NCBI GenBank assembly: GCA_002790835.1
Contig: PFVX01000059.1
Span: forward strand, 723-64,722
DNA: 64,000 bases
Origin: a bacterium CG_4_9_14_3_um_filter_65_15
GTDB taxonomy: Bacteria > Krumholzibacteriota > Krumholzibacteriia > LZORAL124-64-63
Direction: 5' to 3'
Shown here: piece after piece, positions 59,201-64,000 of the stretch
Position numbering within the stretch: the stretch's first letter is position 1
Layout of the letters: every line of letters starts with the position of its first letter
Program-made: the position numbers and the translations under genes
The notes under the pieces: model-generated
What the model was told of the DNA's origin: nothing
Databases searched by the model: none
What the model saw: only the letters and a program-made list of their open reading frames with translations

Positions 59201-59642
59201 TCAGGGTAAAGCGATGTCCGCTGACGGAGCGGAAATACTCGGCGACATTGGTCAGCAGGTAATCGAAGTAGACCGAATCGTGGGCCGCGAAAGTGTTGGG
59301 GATTTCGAACTGGACGGGCTGAGGGAAATCTCCCGGGACAACTCCATAACGGCCCAGCAGCAGGCTGTCGCTGAAGTCGCAGAGCATGACCAGGGCGTTC
59401 AGCGCGGCCGGCGCCTTTTCTCCGGCCAGGCGACGCATCTGCAGGTCGCGGTCCCCTTCCGCCCTCAAGGGACGCGTGGCGACTTCGAGGTCGGCGGCGT
59501 GGCTGCGGATGCGGGTCAACAAAGCCTGGGGAATCGGCTCACCGGTCGAGGGATCCCCCACCGCGGAGGCTGCTTCCTGAATTCCGATCAGGGCCAGCAA
59601 TATCATGACCGGAATCAAACGGGTATTTCTGGGGTGGGGCAT
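56202..59642 (-). CDS. M6 (immune inhibitor A) family-like protein with degenerate zinc site, FG-GAP repeats and T9SS-like CTD
   Basis: ALVMLCDFSD, YFRSVSGHRF, ILIHAGAGGE, Met-turn GLMGYG, AFNKYLVGW; HExxH position reads FEVGL; GDLDG repeats; CTD FYPNP...IYNLEGELV...VATGMYI...FTVVR. Confidence 0.85.
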   Translation of the reverse strand: MPHPRNTRLIPVMILLALIGIQEAASAVGDPSTGEPIPQALLTRIRSHAADLEVATRPLRAEGDRDLQMRRLAGEKAPAALNALVMLCDFSDSLLLGRYGVVPGDFPQPVQFEIPNTFAAHDSVYFDYLLTNVAEYFRSVSGHRFTLNFTIAPGVVNLEHPMGFYGNHPQYGEQSIALARDVVAALDPVVDFSGFDTLILIHAGAGGETDFYGLNPEQIFSTYLGPRDFASAVQDTILESPWLAGDDFGGAAGIDRVLILPETEYQEPFGRLGSLGVYCFEVGLRLGMLSLTDFTPAGNVDSQGIGIFGLMGYGLYSGAGLIPPEPCAFNKYLVGWLDPQVVDPHAAGTYALTPAENPSAETASARVDINGQEYWLLEYRLQDPDGNGMFSFPGDLNHDGIPDFYDANSDYGNGWPTGVYDPQADTLESLAGAEWDFAMSANTGRPGGVTAAGSGVYIWHVDEGLIRAVYDAEDNLFNSDPLHKAVDLEEADGIQDLDSPIPSDYTYGGDDDSFRGEDNHEFGPYTRPGTESAAGAYTGIVLRDFSNVVADSQGVFLGVVEGDTLWGIAFADTIRFSVGSVGEAAQGPMFSRQRTLPGVDLRGSHVLVGDLDGGGTPAEIILAGHAGEVYALDGNLREYFDADGDSATVEPLLVSTRDGSAVNWNLPVALGDLDGDAKPEIVLTGPHGLYAFDGTGQPLVSGGDGFGLWADLPTCRVPPILASLGDPLGPAREDVSVAAFVIYEDNGHAWLDGFASGQPGFFPAVGLGPGAVGAPPTLAFGQWFLCALHDSLTGESSLELVAYDRDAPNDAPLRGSIALPVIPGPWPLTWGLAQKEGEEELRFVQVAGRDGSGATLFFNAAMVKVGSIHEWGPAVTVQSAMAPGGYFVGPDLLGGIGHGGDWSDGWPRRPRDMGTGVGGGGPLVAWLRGVDSSRPQTIFPLEDGSLIALKERGEEIQGWPVSGPGTGAVTPALGDLVGDGELDLVAAGSFLRITEPGADGVSLDGDYSSTVMMWRDVAAETAAWPMSGGGIWRNGDYDAEAWIVQSPGSIGSGMVLGSHTFYPNPLGEGPLYVRGEARSPGRARAFIYNLEGELVTTTAWNDVVSGDPFTLIVPLDGVATGMYISRLVVDAGGETTHSVVSFTVVR

Positions 59643-59703
59643 GGAGACCTGTTCCTTTGCCTCAATTCATGGGGACTGGATTCCCGTTCTCAAACGAGGC
59701 GCA

Positions 59704-59733
59704 AGTATAAGTACCGCTGCAGGACCGGGTCAA
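59704..59733 (-). promoter_or_regulatory. Sigma70-type promoter (TTGACC-N18-TATACT) for the M6-like/porV pair
   Basis: Near-consensus hexamers about 60 bp upstream of ATG 59642. Confidence 0.7.
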
Positions 59734-59960
59734 CGATTCCCGGCCCTGCATGATGGAAAAGGAGAGCCCGACGAAGTACCTGTCACCCCTGATCGACATT
59801 CCCTCGCCGGGCTCTCACATGTGCTGGTGTCCCCGTCCTCGCAACCGCCATCTGATCCCCAGTGGTGCCAACCTTTCCGAGAATCCGATCTCGCCTGCCC
59901 GACGGGTGATGGGGGGAAAACCACCAACACACACTCAATGATCTCTGGCCGTACCGGACG

Positions 59961-61697
59961 TCAGCGTTTGCGTCCGGAAGAACTCTTGCTGCGCGAACTC
60001 GAATCGCTGGAGCTGCTCCCCGACGATTTGGAGCGCGACGGTTGGCTGCGCTCGGTCGCCCGGCTATCGTTGCTCCGGCTGCGCACCTCGGTCCCGCCAC
60101 TGCTGCGGCTTCCGTTTTCCTGCTTTCGCGGGGCCACGCGGGGAGCCGGCTTGGTCTCGGTCTTGGACCGCTGCGTATTGGGCGCCGCTCGTCCGGTGCT
60201 TTCCCGGGTCCGGCTGGGACTGGTCGTTCCGGAGTTCCAGATCCGGGTACCCCTGCGCCGGGGTTCCACGGGCCGGATGGTGCGGGACTCGGTCCCGGCA
60301 GGCTGGCGGGGGGTCCGCACCGTCGCCCCACTCCCCGGGGTCCGCGCTCCAGCGGGTCGATCAGGAGTCCGAACCCGTGTGCCACGCCCGACGGGTTCCA
60401 AAGCGGGCTTTTCCGTTCCGCTCCCCGAAACATGGCGATAAGATTCCCGCGTGCGTCCTGTCGTGCCGGGTGAAACCATCGTTCCGGGCTGGCGAATGCG
60501 CAGACCTGGCCTGGTCTCGCCCCCCACCGGTTCGGTCACCACGGGTCCGGTGCGGGCAATCAACTGCTCGCCCCCGTAGGAACCGCGAACATCCTTGCTT
60601 CCACGGGTGCCGCCGGCGCCCGGAGCCCGGGTCAAATCGTCGTTCCGGGCCAAGGGTGTGCGGCGGGTCATGGCCGTGCGTTGCCTGGCATCGGGCCCGT
60701 CACCCTGGATCAGCGGGGAAACCCGGCCATATTCCCGGCTCTTGCGCGCGATGCGGTTGCCGTCACCGGGGGTAAGCGGTCGATAGCGGCGCCCTCCCCC
60801 GTTGTAATAGGTGTAGATGTCGCCCCGATAGTAGGGGGAGTCGCACCAGACCCAGCTCCCGGAGTACCAGTTGTAGCCCAGGCTCGGCCCGCAGGAATAA
60901 CTGGGCCAGTACCAGAAGTTCACCCAGGGCCTCCGGTTCCAGGGATCGATGTAGGCATACACGGGCTGAGAGTAGATGGGGTAGTAGCCATAGTCGTCGT
61001 ACCAGCGGTTGTACCATCCGTAATCGTACTCGATGTCCAGGGTGCAGTTGTCCGCGTAGGGTTCGTACCCCTGGTCGGAATCAATGTGGCACTGGGAGCA
61101 CAGGTACCGCGGGTGGTCGACTTTGCGATGCACGTAATAACTGGCGTAGTTCGACACGACCAGGTTCTCGGTATCCTCCAGACCGGTTACGGCATAGTTG
61201 ATCTCATTCATGGCCAGGAAGGGATCTCCTGCCACCTCGTAGCGGAAGGGGTCCCGACGATTCTCGCCGTGGAAGTCGATTTCCAATTCCCGCAAATCAA
61301 AGGGGTAAGCCGAGGCAAGGACCTCCACGAAACCCTCACCTTCCAGGCTGCCCGTCTCCAGGGGCGCCGATCCGGGCACCGGCACCTCGTACTCGTGGCC
61401 GGCAAACACGAAACCATCGTCCAAGCGGCTGCGCGGCCACAGCAGATCCACCTGGCCCTCGGTATCGATGCGATAGACCACGGCATAGGCGTCCCGATTG
61501 AGCTGGAAACCCACGCTCATGCGCTCGTCGCGCTGGTATACCTCGTCGCTGTCCTTGTCCAGCCAGATGCCGGCACGCAGTTCAACTTTGGAGTAGTCGA
61601 AATCGCCGGAGGCATCCTCTGCGACCGTCGGCGTGGCACCGGAGGCGGTACCCCAGACCAACATGGCCAGCAGGCAGATCGTGATCTCGCGTTTCAT
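59961..61697 (-). CDS. DUF4384-domain secreted protein with CxxCH motif, Tyr/Trp-rich region and disordered tail
   Basis: Signal peptide; WLDK...Y...E......NRDAYAVVYRIDTEG.V.LLWP DUF4384 pattern; YLCSQCH; Arg/Ser/Pro-rich C-terminus. Confidence 0.8.
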   Translation of the reverse strand: MKREITICLLAMLVWGTASGATPTVAEDASGDFDYSKVELRAGIWLDKDSDEVYQRDERMSVGFQLNRDAYAVVYRIDTEGQVDLLWPRSRLDDGFVFAGHEYEVPVPGSAPLETGSLEGEGFVEVLASAYPFDLRELEIDFHGENRRDPFRYEVAGDPFLAMNEINYAVTGLEDTENLVVSNYASYYVHRKVDHPRYLCSQCHIDSDQGYEPYADNCTLDIEYDYGWYNRWYDDYGYYPIYSQPVYAYIDPWNRRPWVNFWYWPSYSCGPSLGYNWYSGSWVWCDSPYYRGDIYTYYNGGGRRYRPLTPGDGNRIARKSREYGRVSPLIQGDGPDARQRTAMTRRTPLARNDDLTRAPGAGGTRGSKDVRGSYGGEQLIARTGPVVTEPVGGETRPGLRIRQPGTMVSPGTTGRTRESYRHVSGSGTEKPALEPVGRGTRVRTPDRPAGARTPGSGATVRTPRQPAGTESRTIRPVEPRRRGTRIWNSGTTSPSRTRESTGRAAPNTQRSKTETKPAPRVAPRKQENGSRSSGGTEVRSRSNDSRATERSQPSRSKSSGSSSSDSSSRSKSSSGRKR

Positions 61698-61723
61698 GAC
61701 AACTCTCCCTTGTTCCGGTTCCT

Positions 61724-62737
61724 CTAGAAGCGGACGAACCGGGGTTTACTGTCGGGCACCGTTGGCGTCTGGGGAGCCATGAGCTCCGGCAGCCCGGAAA
61801 TCAACTGATAGGCCCAGACGATCTGGACCGAAACCGTGGGGGCAATACCCACCACACCGAACTTGGCGTAATGGATGCTCTGGGTGGCCGAGTCAGAGAG
61901 TTCCACCACGTAAACGTGTCCTTCGACAAGCTCCAGTTTCCCCGTATGGGAATATCCGTCGGCCGGGGCCCAGGACACACCCTCAAAGATCAAATTGCCC
62001 AGGGAATCGGTGAATACCCCGAAATCCTGCAGCCTCACATCGGTAGACGTGCGCTCCACATAGGGAACAGTCCCTTCGAAGGAAATCCTGATATCGGCGG
62101 GGGAGCCAACGGCGTTCGGGTCGACCCGGCCGGCGTAGAGGCTTTGGGGATGTTCGCCGGCCTGGCTGAAATCGAACCCGCCCAACGCCTGGTTGGAACC
62201 GTTGATCGAGTCGAATACCTCGACGAAGGTCCCCGGAGGGCTCATGGGTAACGGGGCGTCGATGACGGCTTCATAGCTCAAGGCGCTTTCCATTCCCGCC
62301 GCATTGACGGCAGATACGGCATATTCGTATTGATAGCCGTTGGCGGCTCCGGTATCCACGAGCCAATGGAGGCCGGTTTCCCAGTCGAAATTCTCATCCC
62401 AGGCCACTTCACCGAGGTAATAGAATTCCCGATTGGGATTATTCAGATCGCCCTCGCTGAAATCGCGGTAATAGACGACATACTTGACGACATTTTCGTT
62501 GTAGCGGCCGTCATAAGGGGAGTAGGAAATGTCGTACCAGAAGATCGACACCTCGTTGTCCCCGCTGACCGACGAAACCCCTACCGGAACCACGGGCGGA
62601 TTGAGGGTGTCGACGCAGCTGATGCAGTCCTCCTGGTTGCAACCGGAGGTCGCCATCAGCCCCACGACGGACAAGGCCAGGGCCACCAGGCCCCACCCTG
62701 TAACTCTTGAAGACCGTTTCCGTGTCCGCGTCATCAT
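61724..62737 (-). CDS. Lipoprotein with an FN3-like domain and a C-terminal beta domain
   Basis: RBS GGAGG; lipobox TSG-C; PP..P.GV.SVSGDNEV...W; NGYQYEYAVSAVNAAG.ES.LS; HYAKFGV...WAYQ. Confidence 0.8.
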   Translation of the reverse strand: MMTRTRKRSSRVTGWGLVALALSVVGLMATSGCNQEDCISCVDTLNPPVVPVGVSSVSGDNEVSIFWYDISYSPYDGRYNENVVKYVVYYRDFSEGDLNNPNREFYYLGEVAWDENFDWETGLHWLVDTGAANGYQYEYAVSAVNAAGMESALSYEAVIDAPLPMSPPGTFVEVFDSINGSNQALGGFDFSQAGEHPQSLYAGRVDPNAVGSPADIRISFEGTVPYVERTSTDVRLQDFGVFTDSLGNLIFEGVSWAPADGYSHTGKLELVEGHVYVVELSDSATQSIHYAKFGVVGIAPTVSVQIVWAYQLISGLPELMAPQTPTVPDSKPRFVRF

Positions 62738-62784
62738 CAGCCACCTCCAAAGCCAATGCAATTCCTCAACATATTCGGGGACAA

Positions 62785-62800
62785 CGCACGGTTCATGCCA
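62785..62800 (-). promoter_or_regulatory. Putative sigma54 promoter TGGCATGAACCGTGCG
   Basis: GG and GC correctly spaced (-24/-12), about 50 bp upstream of ATG 62737; a sigma54 activator gene lies upstream. Confidence 0.5.
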
Positions 62801-63101
62801 CCTTTGAAGCCAGGGGCTCCACGAACCAGCCTGTCTGTCCACATGGTGTCCTCAGAACCCATCATGAGGGGGAAGAAAAATGTTCTCGATTATATTTCAA
62901 AGAGTTACCAAACCATCCCACATGGTGGGAATGAGCATCCAGAAAAAATTTTTTGCCGAGCATCCCCCTCAAACCCAGCGACCTGGGGTCCTCGGGGAGC
63001 AATCCCCCGGATTGGTTTGGAGACATTGTGTCCAAAAGGGGACTGGAGAATCGGAGGTGGGCGGGTACGGCCAGAGCACGCCGGTGCGCCTGAAAATGGG
63101 C

Positions 63102-63172
63102 AAAAAAAGAGCCCCACCTTTCGGTGACTCGAACTTGAATCTCGCCTTTTCAAGTTCGATGGGCTCTTTTTT
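63102..63172. terminator. Bidirectional terminator-like branched structure
   Basis: A7-GAGCCC...GGGCTC-T6 outer repeat enclosing the hairpins CACC-TTTC-GGTG and TCGAACTTGAA/TTCAAGTTCGA; U-tract on both strands. Confidence 0.7.
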
Positions 63173-63639
63173 ACTGGATCCGGTGATCAGATCCGGTTGG
63201 TTTCGCGTTTCGGGAGAAACATTCTAGCTTTCCCTTTGCCGGTCTCGATGCCTTGCTCAGACCCCACCTCTTTGCAAACATCCGATCGGCACTTCCTGAT
63301 GAAAACCCCCTGAAAATCCGAGGACTGTCAGAGTACGAATGATTCCTCCCGAAAACACGAGTCTTACTCAATTTGTTTCGCCAAAGAGGTTCCCTGTCAG
63401 TGTCGCCTCTTCACCCCTCCCATTGCAGGAGGCGTACCGGTTTCACACGATTGGAGATAATTTTAATTCGTTTAATAACAGTAGTTTACATGATTCACCC
63501 AAAGGGGATTTTGGGCCGGAAACGGAAATGTATCAATTGTTTTTCTACCTGAATCCCAAGATGGCGTAACAACAGTATTTGCAAGATATTAAGGGATAAA
63601 TAAAGTTAACTGACCCGGGACTGGATATCGGGAAAATTG

Positions 63640-64000
63640 TCAGCTTTCGATTCCGTAAATTCTGATTTTCTTCAACAAATTGGGATAGCTGACTTTGAGG
63701 ACCCGGGCCGTGGCGGCCTTGTTGCCCTCCTGTTGCTGCAGGACACGGCTGATTTCCCGGTATTCCACGGCCGCCAGGGTCTCCTTCAAGGAGGATCCAC
63801 CCGAGGTTTCCTGCTGCCGTCGAAAATCGTCCGGCAAATGGTCGCTCCGCAGGGCCGTGTCGTTTTGGGCCAGCACGATCGCCCTCTTGAGGGTCTTTTC
63901 CAGCTCCCGCACGTTTCCGGGCCAGGGATGAGCCAACAGGTTCTGGAGGAAACCGTGATCCAGCGCCAGAACACCAATACCCAGCTCCTGGCAGAATCGC
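63640..64000 (-). CDS. Sigma54-dependent enhancer-binding protein, C-terminal part (5' end outside the window)
   Basis: LLAHPWPGNVRELE AAA+ C-terminal motif and Fis-type HTH GNKAATARVLKVSYPNLLKKI. Confidence 0.92.
   Translation of the reverse strand, partial: RFCQELGIGVLALDHGFLQNLLAHPWPGNVRELEKTLKRAIVLAQNDTALRSDHLPDDFRRQQETSGGSSLKETLAAVEYREISRVLQQQEGNKAATARVLKVSYPNLLKKIRIYGIES

Noticed and set aside
59904-59924. Possible terminator after the DUF4384 gene
   Set aside because: Weak, interrupted stem with no adjacent U-tract.
83-62807. Many long plus-strand ORFs (e.g. 540-2231, 19653-22811, 31480-33429, 52210-53826)
   Set aside because: Antisense shadows of real minus-strand genes, typical of high-GC DNA, with no family motifs.
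63120-63160. Resemblance of AACTTGAAAA...CACCG...GGTG...U-tract to a Cas9 tracrRNA 3' end
   Set aside because: No anti-repeat, cas gene or CRISPR array in the window; the match is short.
63190-63270. c-di-GMP-I-like (GGCAAA...ACGC) or TPP-like (CUGAG...CUGAU) fragments
   Set aside because: Conserved elements are incomplete or out of order.

Overview
64 kb of GC-rich bacterial DNA, about 45 CDS, all on the minus strand except lpxH. The housekeeping backbone (argS, rsfS, tatC, nrdR, glyA, rpiB, tsaC, purE, purD, arcC, ppdK, glyQS, recO, mgtE, ybeY, phoH, aspS, hisS, a short sigma70 factor, degP) is interleaved with three cell-envelope loci. A PorV/PorQ barrel, FlgD-Ig/T9SS-like C-terminal sorting domains and a sigma factor lacking region 1.1 suggest a non-Bacteroidota member of the FCB superphylum (Krumholzibacteriota/Latescibacterota/Eisenbacteria-like; inference). 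The best candidate for an undescribed system is a T9SS-like surface module. (i) An M6 (immune inhibitor A) family protein has lost all three zinc ligands (HExxHxxGxxD reads FEVGLRLGMLS), carries FG-GAP repeats and a CTD, and lies directly upstream of porV, mirroring porU-porV. (ii) A 1018-aa CTD protein with its own terminator and a high-expression codon signature is followed by an operon of two paralogous lipoproteins and an Asp-box propeller-CTD protein. (iii) A lamin-tail-CTD protein is coupled to two predicted barrels. Other oddities are an ArgRS with HIGH replaced by NVVS, a CxxCH motif in a DUF4384 protein, c-di-AMP accessory genes with no cyclase in the window, and an AT-rich ~900 bp intergenic region with a sigma54-type promoter and a structured three-way-junction element. 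I recognised no rRNA, tRNA, CRISPR array or mobile element. Family assignments come from motif recognition by eye; no database searches were run.
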